From an uncultured Caulobacterales bacterium (GTDB taxonomy: Bacteria > Pseudomonadota > Alphaproteobacteria > Caulobacterales > Caulobacteraceae), in NCBI GenBank assembly GCA_903903715.1, contig CAIUZX010000061.1, positions 1 to 36,163 of the forward strand: a DNA stretch of 36,163 bases, read 5' to 3'. The notes under the pieces were generated by a model. That model was not told the origin of the DNA. It ran no database searches and was given only the letters and a program-made list of their open reading frames with translations. Numbering within the stretch: position 1 is the first letter of the stretch; every line of letters begins with the position of its first letter. This document shows positions 1 through 8,050 of the stretch, piece by piece. The translations under genes were made by a program, and so were the position numbers.

Positions 1-1
1 G

Positions 2-1195
2 CCGACCAAGTCGCCCGTTCCGATCCCGGTTCGCGTCGGCCTTCTGAGCCCTCACGGAGACCACCTGTCGTCGAAGCTCGGGACGCGCATGGCGAGCGAG
101 CATGTGCTTGTCCTGACCGAGGCGGAACAGACTTTCACCCTGACGGAGGTCGCGACGCAGCCGGTCGTGTCCGCCCTGCGCGGTTTTTCCGCACCGGTCA
201 CCCTGCGGCGCCCCAATGGGACTCCAAACGATCTCTATGTGCTGTTGAGCGCGGACGCGGACCTCTTCAACCGCTGGGAGGCGGGGCAGATCCTGGCCCG
301 CGATCTCATCCTGTCGCGGGCGTCGGGCGCGCCGGACGAAACGGGGGAAGCGCGCTTCGCGGCGGCCCTTGGAAAATCGCTGGCGGACGAAACCGCCGAC
401 CACGCCTTCCGGGCCCTTGTTCTGAATTTGCCATCAGAATCCGACCTCGCCCTGCTCGCCCCCGCTCCCGTCGACCCCGCAGCCCTGCGGGACGCGCGGG
501 AGGCCCTGCGATCACGGGTGTCGGCGCATCTCGGCGAGATGCTGCGGACCCTGCACATGACCTTGCAGTCGGCGGACGAATTCTCCCCCGACGGCGAGCA
601 GGCCGGACGCCGGGCCCTGCGCAACATGGCGCTCGACCTGATCGTCGCTCTTCCCAGCGCGGACGCGACGGCGCGGGCGAAGGGGCACTTCAAGGGCTCG
701 GGCAACATGACCGACCAGATGGGGGGGCTCTCCGCCCTGTCGCAGATCGGCGGCGCGACATTCGACGAGGCGCTGGCCGAGTTCTACGCCAAGTGGAAGG
801 AAGAGCCGCTGGTCATCGACAAGTGGTTCTCCATCCAGGCGCGCTGCCCGGCGCCGGACACCCTCGGTCGCGTGCTGGGCCTGACCGCGCATCCCGACTT
901 CGACATCCGCAATCCCAACCGGCTGCGGTCCCTGGTTCAGGGATTCTCGATCGGCAATCCCGCCCTGTTCCATGACCCCAGCGGCGCCGGTTACCGCTTC
1001 CTGGCGGACCAGATCCTGGCGGTGGACGGCGTGAACCCGTCGGTGGCGGCGCGCCTCGTCGAGCCCCTGTCCGGATGGGCGCGCTACCTGCCGGGCCTCT
1101 CCAGCCTCATGCGGGCGGAACTCGACCGCATCGCGAACGCAAACAGCCTGTCAAAAAACGTAACGGAGATCGTCACGCGTGCGATCGGCGGGTGA
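2..1195 (+). CDS. pepN: Aminopeptidase N (M1 family), C-terminal portion. The gene is 5'-truncated by the window edge.
   Basis: The reading frame is open from nt 2 with no stop before the listed ATG at 89. The translation contains WKEEPLVIDKWFSIQA, HPDFDIRNPNRLRSLVQGF and NPSVAARLVEPLSGW, typical of the conserved PepN C-terminal domain. Confidence 0.85.
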   Translation, partial: PTKSPVPIPVRVGLLSPHGDHLSSKLGTRMASEHVLVLTEAEQTFTLTEVATQPVVSALRGFSAPVTLRRPNGTPNDLYVLLSADADLFNRWEAGQILARDLILSRASGAPDETGEARFAAALGKSLADETADHAFRALVLNLPSESDLALLAPAPVDPAALRDAREALRSRVSAHLGEMLRTLHMTLQSADEFSPDGEQAGRRALRNMALDLIVALPSADATARAKGHFKGSGNMTDQMGGLSALSQIGGATFDEALAEFYAKWKEEPLVIDKWFSIQARCPAPDTLGRVLGLTAHPDFDIRNPNRLRSLVQGFSIGNPALFHDPSGAGYRFLADQILAVDGVNPSVAARLVEPLSGWARYLPGLSSLMRAELDRIANANSLSKNVTEIVTRAIGG

Positions 1196-1240
1196 CAAGA
1201 CCCAGGCAAATCAGACTAAGACTCTTTCAGGTTTGACGAT

Positions 1241-3775
1241 TTGAGAGGGACGGGCTTGGCCGCATCGGCGCGCAAAGATGACGCGAAACGCGGCTTGGCG
1301 GAAGCGCCGGCGGCGGTCGTCGCATCTGAGCCTTCGTCGTTTCCGGCGCCGGTCCGGGTGCTCGTCCTCACCCTGTTGCTGTTCCTGGCTGCCTACACGA
1401 TCTTCGTGGGCATTCGCATCCATCGTTCGGCCACCGCGGCTTCGGATCCGTCGCCGGGCGCGGCGGCGCTCGCCAGTCATGCGGCCATCGTGCTCGCGCC
1501 AATACGGTCGGCGGCGGACGCCGTCGAGCGACTTGCCGCCTTGTCTCCGGGCACCAGCGCCAACGATCTGGCCGCCAGCGCGCTCAAGCTCGGCGGGGCT
1601 TCAGCGGCGTCTGTGGCGATCGTCCAGGATGGTCAGCTTGTCGGCGTCGCCGGCCCGGCGGTCGGGGTCGACTGGGTGCGCACGGCGACCTACCCCGCAG
1701 GACTGATGCTGGCCCAGCGCACTGGCGCCGTTTCGGATGTCGTCTTTTCGAAGCACATTCGCAATTCGCCGAACACAGTCCTGATCATCGCCCTACGGGA
1801 GGGCGCCTTTATCAAGACGCCGCTCAGCGCCGCCCTGACGTCCGCGCTGGTGTTGAAATCCGGCCAGATCATCTCGGCGTCCGAAAACGGTCTTGCCGGC
1901 GCGAACGTCGACGCCGCCTTCGGCATCTCGCTGTCGCAGCTCGAAGACGACCTGAAGGCCGGGCGTGAAACGGTGGTCAAGCCGCCGAGTGCGGACCGCC
2001 AGTTTCGCATGTCCGTCGTTCCCGTCGAAAGCGACAACCTGTCGGCCATCGCCGCCCAGCCGGTCGCCGACATCACACAGGCGTCCGGCAATCATCTGGT
2101 GCAGGACACCATCGCCTTGCTCGCCCCCGTCGCAATCAGCCTGTGCCTCTCCCTCGTCGTGTTCCGGCAGGCGAGGACCGCCGAACTCGCGAAACGGGAG
2201 CGGATGGAAGTCGAACGCAAGTTCCGCAGCGCCGTGGAGGCCGCGCACTGCGGGATCTGGGAGTGGCGGATCCGGGAAGACATGGTGGACCTGTCGGACC
2301 TGACCGGGATCATGTTCGGATGGGGCGGCGGCGGTCTGGCGAAGGGCGACGACGTCCTCGCGCGCATCGCGCCGGAGCACCGTGAGCGGGTTCGGAATGC
2401 GCTGGTCGACGCGGCGGAGCACGGGGCGTTCGACGTGACCTTCAAGGTCCCGGGGCCCAACGGCGACTCCTGGATCGATTGCCGCGGTCAGGGCATCGGC
2501 GAGCGGGATGAGCTCGGCTACGCCGCGATCATGGGCGTGGCCCTCGACGTCACGCGGGAACGGATCGCCAGAGCGCGCGGGCTGGCGGCGGAAGCGCGGC
2601 TGAATGACGCCATCGAGTCCGTGTCGGAGGCGTTCGTCCTCTGGGACCGGCGCGGGCGCCTGGTCATGTGCAACAAGAACTATCAGGATTTCTTCGCCCT
2701 CGATGCGCGTCTCCTGAAGCCCGGCACCAGCCGGGATGTGATCCAGCAGGTCGCGGAAATCGCCGTGCGCGATCACCGTCCGGCGCCGGACGCCAATCCA
2801 GACGTGCGCGAGGCCGAAATGGTCGACGGGCGCTGGCTGCAGATCTCGGAACGGCGGACCTCAGACAACGGCGTCGTGATGACCGCCGCAGACATCACCG
2901 CCGTGAAGCGTCAGGAAGAGGCGCGGCGACGCAATGAGCAGGCGCTGCAGCGCGCGGTCGTCAGGCTGGAGGAAAACGGCGCTCAGCTCGCCGATCTTGC
3001 GGCCAAGTACGAACAGGAGAAGATCCGGGCTCAGCAGGCGAACGCCGCCAAGAGCGAATTTCTGGCCAATATGAGTCATGAACTGCGCACGCCGCTGAAC
3101 GCCATCAATGGCTTCTCCGAAATGATGGCCAAGGAGATGATCGGGCCGCTCGGCGACCGCCGCTATGTCGAGTACGCGCAGGACATCCACAATTCCGGCC
3201 ACCATCTTCTCGCGCTGATCAATGACATCCTGGACATGGCCAAGATCGAAGCGGGCAAGCACAGCCTGCACCTCGAGCAGGTCGACCTGAGCGGCGTCGC
3301 GGAGGAAGCGGTCCGGTTGATGCGCAATCGCGCCGATGACGGGGGGCTGGTCGTCAGCCTGGACATGCCCGACCTCCCCCGCGTGGAAGCCGATCACCGC
3401 GCCGTGAAGCAGGTGATCCTCAATCTTCTGTCCAACTCCATCAAGTTCACCCCGCGCGGCGGGCAGGTCCGCATCGCGGCGCGCGCGGTCGGCGAGGTCG
3501 TGCAGATCAGCGTGATGGACACCGGCATCGGCATCAGCAAGGAAGATCTGGACCGCCTCGCCCAGCCCTTCCAACAGGTGGAGCATCAGCACGCCAAGAC
3601 CCAGCACGGCACCGGCCTTGGCCTCGCCCTCTCCAAGTCGCTGGTGGAGCTGCATGAGGGTCGCTTCGACATGGCCAGCGAACCCGGTCGCGGCACGACG
3701 GTCAGCTTCACCCTCCCTCTGCGCCAGCGCAAGGCGCCGCAACGCCAGGCTTCGGGCGAGGTCAACGCGGCCTGA
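1241..3775 (+). CDS. Membrane-bound PAS-domain sensor histidine kinase with a PleC-like architecture and no receiver domain.
   Basis: The ORF is 844 aa. Two hydrophobic segments (LVLTLLLFLAAYTIFVGI and LLAPVAISLCLSLVVF) bracket a roughly 250-aa presumed periplasmic region, followed by PAS-like regions. Kinase motifs: H-box SEFLANMSHELRTPLNAINGF, N-box LNLLSNSIKFT, G1 DTGIGI, G2 GTGLGLALS. The TTG start at 1241 has no clear RBS, so the start is uncertain. Confidence 0.85.
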   Translation: MRGTGLAASARKDDAKRGLAEAPAAVVASEPSSFPAPVRVLVLTLLLFLAAYTIFVGIRIHRSATAASDPSPGAAALASHAAIVLAPIRSAADAVERLAALSPGTSANDLAASALKLGGASAASVAIVQDGQLVGVAGPAVGVDWVRTATYPAGLMLAQRTGAVSDVVFSKHIRNSPNTVLIIALREGAFIKTPLSAALTSALVLKSGQIISASENGLAGANVDAAFGISLSQLEDDLKAGRETVVKPPSADRQFRMSVVPVESDNLSAIAAQPVADITQASGNHLVQDTIALLAPVAISLCLSLVVFRQARTAELAKRERMEVERKFRSAVEAAHCGIWEWRIREDMVDLSDLTGIMFGWGGGGLAKGDDVLARIAPEHRERVRNALVDAAEHGAFDVTFKVPGPNGDSWIDCRGQGIGERDELGYAAIMGVALDVTRERIARARGLAAEARLNDAIESVSEAFVLWDRRGRLVMCNKNYQDFFALDARLLKPGTSRDVIQQVAEIAVRDHRPAPDANPDVREAEMVDGRWLQISERRTSDNGVVMTAADITAVKRQEEARRRNEQALQRAVVRLEENGAQLADLAAKYEQEKIRAQQANAAKSEFLANMSHELRTPLNAINGFSEMMAKEMIGPLGDRRYVEYAQDIHNSGHHLLALINDILDMAKIEAGKHSLHLEQVDLSGVAEEAVRLMRNRADDGGLVVSLDMPDLPRVEADHRAVKQVILNLLSNSIKFTPRGGQVRIAARAVGEVVQISVMDTGIGISKEDLDRLAQPFQQVEHQHAKTQHGTGLGLALSKSLVELHEGRFDMASEPGRGTTVSFTLPLRQRKAPQRQASGEVNAA

Positions 3776-3864
3776 ACGCCAGAGGCGGCTCGCGCCCATG
3801 ACGCCGCTTGCGCGCCATTCGGAAGTGTGATCGCCTGAAGAGGCGCGACAAGTCAGGAGCTGCA

Positions 3865-5277
3865 ATGTTTAAATCAAGGGTTTTCGCCGCCGTTGCGGTG
3901 GCTCTGGCGACGACGGGCGCCGCTCAGGCCGCGGGTTCGGACCCGACGGAACCGGCGTTCCGCGCCCTGTACAAGGAACTGGTCGAGACCAACACGACCC
4001 TCTCCCAGGGCGACTGCACCCTGGCGGCGGAGCGCATGGCCAAGCGCCTGCAGGCCGCCGGCTACACCGATGCCGACATCCATGTCTTCGCAGGCCCCGA
4101 TCACCCCAAGGAGGGCGGACTGGTCGCCGTGCTGCACGGCCGCGACCCGAAGGCGAAGGGCGTCCTGCTCCTCGCCCATATCGACGTGGTCGAAGCCAAG
4201 CGTCAGGACTGGACCCGGGATCCCTTCACCCTGATCGAGGAAGGCGGCTACTTCTACGCTCGCGGCGTCTCCGACGACAAGGCGATGGCGGCCAGCTTCA
4301 CGGACGCCATGATCCGATACAAGCAGGAGGGCTTCCGCCCCCGCCACGACATCAAACTCGCCCTCACCTGCGGCGAAGAGTCTTCGGCAGCCTTCAACGG
4401 CGCAGACTGGCTCGTGAAGACCCACAAGGACTGGATCGACGCCGAATTCGCGCTGAACGAAGGCGCGGGCGGGCTGCTCGACGCCTCGGGCAAGCGGGTC
4501 TATCTCGGCATTCAGGCGGGTGAAAAGGTTTACCAGGACTACCGGATCGAGACGACCAACCCGGGGGGACACTCCTCGCGGCCCGTGCCGTCCAACGCGA
4601 TCTATCAGCTCGCCGCAGCGCTCGGGCGTTTGTCCAAGTACGATTTTCCGCTGCAGATGAACGACACGACCAAGGCCTATTTCGCAAGGACGGCGCCTCT
4701 GATCGGCGGCGAGCGCGGTGACGCGATGGCGACCCTGGCCAAGGACCCGACCAATGCGGCGGCCGAAGCCATCGTGTCGCGGGACCCGAGCTGGCACTCC
4801 ATGCTGCGGACCACCTGCGTCGCCACCCTGCTGGACGGCGGACACGCCCCCAACGCCTTGCCGCAGCGCGCGGGCGCGAACATCAACTGCCGCATCTTCC
4901 CGGGCGTCTCGGCGACGGACGTGCGGGCGGAGCTGGAGCGCGTGATTGCCGATCCCGGCGTGAAGGTGACCCTGTCGGGGGAGATCTCCCCCACGCCGCC
5001 GCCGCCCCCGCTGTCGGCGAAGGTGATGGGACCGGCGGAAGCGGTCGCCAAGGCCATGTGGCCGGGCGTGCCGGTGATCCCAGCCCTGTCGACCGGCGCC
5101 ACGGACGGGCGCTATCTGAACGCTGGCGGCGTGCCGACCTACGGCCTTTCCGGCATGTTTTCCGAACCCGCCAGCAGCGGCGTGCACGGGCTGAACGAGC
5201 GAATCCTGGTGCGCTCGCTGATGGAAGGTCGCGACTATCTCTATCGGGTGGTCAAGCTCTACGCCGACGCCCGCTAA
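3865..5277 (+). CDS. Secreted M20-family metallopeptidase (paralog A).
   Basis: The ATG at 3865 lies 5 nt after AGGAG (3855-3859). Signal peptide: MFKSRVFAAVAVALATTGAAQA. M20/ArgE/CPG2-type motifs: LLAHIDVV, GVSDDK, TCGEES. The ORF-track start at 3808 is judged an upstream extension. Confidence 0.85.
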   Translation: MFKSRVFAAVAVALATTGAAQAAGSDPTEPAFRALYKELVETNTTLSQGDCTLAAERMAKRLQAAGYTDADIHVFAGPDHPKEGGLVAVLHGRDPKAKGVLLLAHIDVVEAKRQDWTRDPFTLIEEGGYFYARGVSDDKAMAASFTDAMIRYKQEGFRPRHDIKLALTCGEESSAAFNGADWLVKTHKDWIDAEFALNEGAGGLLDASGKRVYLGIQAGEKVYQDYRIETTNPGGHSSRPVPSNAIYQLAAALGRLSKYDFPLQMNDTTKAYFARTAPLIGGERGDAMATLAKDPTNAAAEAIVSRDPSWHSMLRTTCVATLLDGGHAPNALPQRAGANINCRIFPGVSATDVRAELERVIADPGVKVTLSGEISPTPPPPPLSAKVMGPAEAVAKAMWPGVPVIPALSTGATDGRYLNAGGVPTYGLSGMFSEPASSGVHGLNERILVRSLMEGRDYLYRVVKLYADAR

Positions 5278-5293
5278 GCTGCGCGAAACAGGC

Positions 5294-5328
5294 CCCAGGC
5301 CGCCGGATCAGGCGGCTTGGGGTTTTTT
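5294..5328 (+). terminator. Rho-independent terminator for the M20 peptidase gene. It overlaps the 3' end of the convergent HD-domain gene.
   Basis: Arm CCCCAGGCCGCC (5294-5305) pairs with GGCGGCTTGGGG (5311-5322) with one G-U position, followed by TTTTTT (5323-5328). It lies 17 nt after the stop codon at 5277. Confidence 0.6.
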
Positions 5329-5901
5329 GTAGATCGACGTCTTCACCTGCGAAAACACCTTGCGCACCATCGGTTCGAAGGTCGACAGCGGCAGGCTCTC
5401 ATAGGCGGGATCGAAGGCGTTCTGGTCGTAGAGATGGCAGAACTGGGCGCAGTGCTCGAAATGCGGATGGCCGCGATACTGGTCGCGCATGTTTCGGTCG
5501 AGGCCGAGATAGTGGAAGAAATAGTACCCCTGGAAGATGCCGTGATTGGCGATCATCCAGTGATTGGCCTCCGAGATGTAGGGCTTCAGGATCGCGGCGG
5601 CGACGTCGGCGTGGTTGGCCGATCCCAGCGTATCGCCGATGTCATGCAGGAGCGCACAGACCACATATTCCTCATCCCGACCGTCGCGCAGGGCGCGGGA
5701 CGCCGTCTGCAGGCTGTGCTCGAACCGGTCGACGGAGTACCCGCCATAGTCGCCCTGCAGCAGCTTCAGGTGATCGAGCACCCGGTCGGCGAGGCCGCGC
5801 TGGAACGGCTTCATCTGTTCGGCGATCAACTGCCAATCCTCCGCCGTCGCATCGACCATCGCCGTGAAGCCCGCCCGGGGCGCGTTCTCATCGTGTGACA
5901 T
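5308..5901 (-). CDS. HD-domain protein resembling the PhnZ/MIOX-type HD oxygenase-phosphohydrolase family.
   Basis: The ORF is 197 aa with spaced metal-ligand-like residues: FEHSLQ, LLHDIGD, ANHADV, ANHWMIANHG, FCHLYDQNAFD. No adjacent PhnY/TmpA-like partner was recognised. Confidence 0.7.
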   Translation of the reverse strand: MSHDENAPRAGFTAMVDATAEDWQLIAEQMKPFQRGLADRVLDHLKLLQGDYGGYSVDRFEHSLQTASRALRDGRDEEYVVCALLHDIGDTLGSANHADVAAAILKPYISEANHWMIANHGIFQGYYFFHYLGLDRNMRDQYRGHPHFEHCAQFCHLYDQNAFDPAYESLPLSTFEPMVRKVFSQVKTSIYKKPQAA

Positions 5902-6014
5902 GGACCGTTTCCTGTTGTGTGTGTGGCGTCATGTGACGACCAAGCCCCGCCGCCGTCAAGATGAAGCGGGGCGTCAGCGAAGGCCGGGAGGCTCCGGCGC
6001 GTCTAGCGGTCCGA

Positions 6015-6062
6015 TTCCGACATTTGCCCCCTGATGCACCTGCCGCCGAGCAAATGTCGGAA
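6015..6062. repeat. Perfect 13-bp inverted repeat (hairpin) with a 22-nt spacer.
   Basis: TTCCGACATTTGC (6015-6027) and GCAAATGTCGGAA (6050-6062) are exact reverse complements. The hairpin lies 14 bp outside the left IS end and 114 bp upstream of the HD-gene start. Confidence 0.85.
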
Positions 6063-6075
6063 GCACAAGGACCAC

Positions 6076-6097
6076 GTAAGCGGGGCAGATTTCCGGG
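6076..6097. repeat. IS terminal inverted repeat (the end distal to the transposase start).
   Basis: GTAAGCGGGGCAGATTTCCGGG. The transposase stop codon (6098-6100) abuts it. Confidence 0.8.
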
Positions 6098-7753
6098 CTA
6101 CGCTGCGGCGATTCTGACCAGATCTGGGAGCGGCGGGATGGACTGTGCGTGTGGAACGGCGAGACGATCCCCCAAGTACTGGTAGAATGAGACGTTGAGC
6201 TTGGCGCACGTCTTCATGAGACCAAGGAGCGTGTCGCGCGCCACCTTGCCGGCGTCGCTGACCGTGCCCCCGGATATCTTGCGCTTGGTGACGACGCTTC
6301 GGATGTCGTTTTCCGACCCGTTGGTGTGAAGCGGGATCTCGGGACGGTCGAGCACGCGGAGGAGCTCATTCTTATGGCCGTGCAGGCGGCGAAGCTGCTT
6401 GTCCAAGAGGATGAAGCCGGTCTTCTTGGTGAAGATCCGATCGAACCGTGCCCGCATCATCCGGGCGCGCTTGGGCGCCGGATCGAGTTTGTAGGCCTTC
6501 AGGTCTTTGTAAAACCACCAGATCAGGGTGCGGCTCAGATCCACCGCCTTGCGGTGGGCGGGGTTGGTCGGCTCGAGTTTATAGACGAGCCGCTCGGCGT
6601 GGATCCAACAGAGGGCGTGGTCAGCGACGCAGAACTGGCCGGCGCCGTCGGAGACGATAACCGTGCCCTTAACCAGCCCTTGTTCGTTGACTGCGCCCCA
6701 GAGGGCGCCTTCTGTGGCGACGTTCATTGGGTCGGGCGTGATCTTCAACTTGTCGAAGCCCAAGCCAGTCAGATGGGAGCGCCAGTCGGCTTCTCGCGTA
6801 AAGCGCTTGTTCTGATGCGCCGCCAACGCTGCGACCAGGCGCCCAGAGAGGTTCATCTGCCGCATCCGGTCCAGGGCGGCCTCGTCCACCACGTAATCGT
6901 CTCGCCCGCACTGAAGAACCGAGAGGAACCGGCGACGCGTCTTGTTCAGACCCGTCCTGAACACGGCGAAGCGATCATCGCCGAGTTGGGTCGTGAACAT
7001 GTCCTTGTTGGCGTGGCGAGCGGAGGTGTCGTCGACCGTAATCCAGCGCCCAGTCTCTAATCCCGCCTTGAGGACGGCCTGATCTTCACGCTCAAGATCT
7101 TCGAGCCCTTGGCTGAGGAAGCGCACGACCTGACGCTTGGAGATCAAAAGCCCCATGCCGTTCAAGATCCCCGTCAGCCGCTCGGCGGTGACCTGGCCCT
7201 GAACATGGCAGGCCAGAATGAACCGTCGCAGTTCCGGCCCAAAGCCGCCCATCACCCCCGCTGGCATCGGCGCCACGATCCGCATCCCCTCCGGTGTCTC
7301 CCAACGCTCCCGTCGGTAGAGGATTACGTCCGCCTGGATCCGCAGGTCCTGGACGACCACGTCCTCGTAGCCTTTGAACCGCGAACCCGACGGAACTGCC
7401 GTCGCCTTCACCTTGATCTCGGCTGTCACCGTCAGCTTGTCGCGCTTGGAGCCGCGACCGACCTTACCTTTGCCCTTCGCGCCGCCGCCTCGTCCCGATG
7501 TGGCCTGCTCCATACCCGAGGGCTTGCCCTTAAACTTCGGCCGTGGCGGCAAGCCCTTCAAGCGGGCAATCTCATCAGCCTGTTCAGCAATCTTGGCGTC
7601 GCGGGCCGAGACCGTGAGCTTCAGCTCGGCGATGACCTCCGCCTGCGCTGATACCTCGTTCTGCAGCCGCTCACCCTGAGCCGCCAGGGTCGCAACAGCC
7701 CGGCGAAGATCCCCAAGGGACAAATCGTCAAACGATTCAGGAGGAAACGCCAT
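6098..7753 (-). CDS. IS66-family DDE transposase (TnpC-like).
   Basis: The ORF is 551 aa. It has an N-terminal coiled coil (LQNEVSAQAEVIAELKLTVSARDAKIAEQADEIARLKGLPPRPKFK) and candidate DDE residues in VDDTSARH, VSDGAGQF and HTNGSENDIRS. CWIHAERL resembles the IS66 TnpC CWAHARR motif. Confidence 0.85.
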   Translation of the reverse strand: MAFPPESFDDLSLGDLRRAVATLAAQGERLQNEVSAQAEVIAELKLTVSARDAKIAEQADEIARLKGLPPRPKFKGKPSGMEQATSGRGGGAKGKGKVGRGSKRDKLTVTAEIKVKATAVPSGSRFKGYEDVVVQDLRIQADVILYRRERWETPEGMRIVAPMPAGVMGGFGPELRRFILACHVQGQVTAERLTGILNGMGLLISKRQVVRFLSQGLEDLEREDQAVLKAGLETGRWITVDDTSARHANKDMFTTQLGDDRFAVFRTGLNKTRRRFLSVLQCGRDDYVVDEAALDRMRQMNLSGRLVAALAAHQNKRFTREADWRSHLTGLGFDKLKITPDPMNVATEGALWGAVNEQGLVKGTVIVSDGAGQFCVADHALCWIHAERLVYKLEPTNPAHRKAVDLSRTLIWWFYKDLKAYKLDPAPKRARMMRARFDRIFTKKTGFILLDKQLRRLHGHKNELLRVLDRPEIPLHTNGSENDIRSVVTKRKISGGTVSDAGKVARDTLLGLMKTCAKLNVSFYQYLGDRLAVPHAQSIPPLPDLVRIAAA

Positions 7754-7797
7754 CCAAAGCTTGAATCACGCCGCCAAGTCCCTGCCAAGCCCAGCCG

Positions 7798-7819
7798 CCC
7801 GGGAATTTGCCCCGCTTAC
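7798..7819. repeat. IS terminal inverted repeat (the end proximal to the transposase start).
   Basis: CCCGGGAATTTGCCCCGCTTAC. Its reverse complement matches 6076-6097 at 20/22 positions. Confidence 0.8.
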
Positions 7820-7840
7820 TGATTCCGGCTCAATTATCGC

Positions 7841-8050
7841 TCAAACGAGCCCCAGTTTTTCGGGTGCGATCCGCGACTGTCGCTCGGGAAGTTCAGCGAT
7901 CAGCGCCGCTCTTGTTTCAACGTCCAGCCGGGCCCAGCCCGCGATTTCAGCCAGGGTGCGATAGCAGCCGAGGCACAAACCGCTCTCGCCGTCGACCATA
8001 CAGACCTTCACGCAAGGCGTCGCTATAGACTGGGAGGGGTCAGCGGACAT
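7841..8050 (-). CDS. DUF1289 family small Cys-rich protein.
   Basis: The ORF is 69 aa and contains the pattern TPCVKVCMVDGESGLCLGCYRTLAEIAGW (C-x3-C-x9-C-x2-C then RT..EI..W), typical of DUF1289. Confidence 0.8.
   Translation of the reverse strand: MSADPSQSIATPCVKVCMVDGESGLCLGCYRTLAEIAGWARLDVETRAALIAELPERQSRIAPEKLGLV

Larger units (their letters stand above)
6076..7819 (-). mobile_element. IS66-family insertion sequence of the single-ORF (ISBst12-like) type, 1744 bp.
   Basis: The terminal inverted repeats are GTAAGCGGGGCAGATTTCCGGG (6076-6097) and the reverse complement of 7798-7819, GTAAGCGGGGCAAATTCCCGGG, identical at 20/22 positions. A GTAAGCG-type terminus is characteristic of IS66-family ends. 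The element encloses one transposase ORF. Confidence 0.8.

Noticed and set aside
1793-3865. Long minus-strand ORFs (1793-2776, 327 aa; 2861-3865, 334 aa) opposite the histidine kinase gene.
   Set aside because: Their translations are Arg/Gly/Pro/Asp-rich and low in complexity, as expected for antisense frames of high-GC genes. They lie fully inside a gene with unambiguous HK motifs.
3874-5187. A 437-aa minus-strand ORF opposite M20 peptidase A.
   Set aside because: It is an antisense shadow ORF with no motifs and an extreme Arg/Gly content. The plus-strand frame has a signal peptide and M20 motifs.
5317-5898. A 193-aa plus-strand ORF opposite the HD-domain gene.
   Set aside because: It is almost exactly co-extensive with the minus-strand HD-domain ORF, which carries the conserved HD ligands. 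I treat it as a shadow ORF.
6326-7651. Plus-strand ORFs inside the IS (6326-7060, 244 aa; 7109-7651, 180 aa) that might have been tnpA/tnpB-like accessory genes.
   Set aside because: They are antisense to the transposase, not upstream of it as in canonical IS66. They show no resemblance to IS66 TnpA/TnpB and have shadow-ORF composition.
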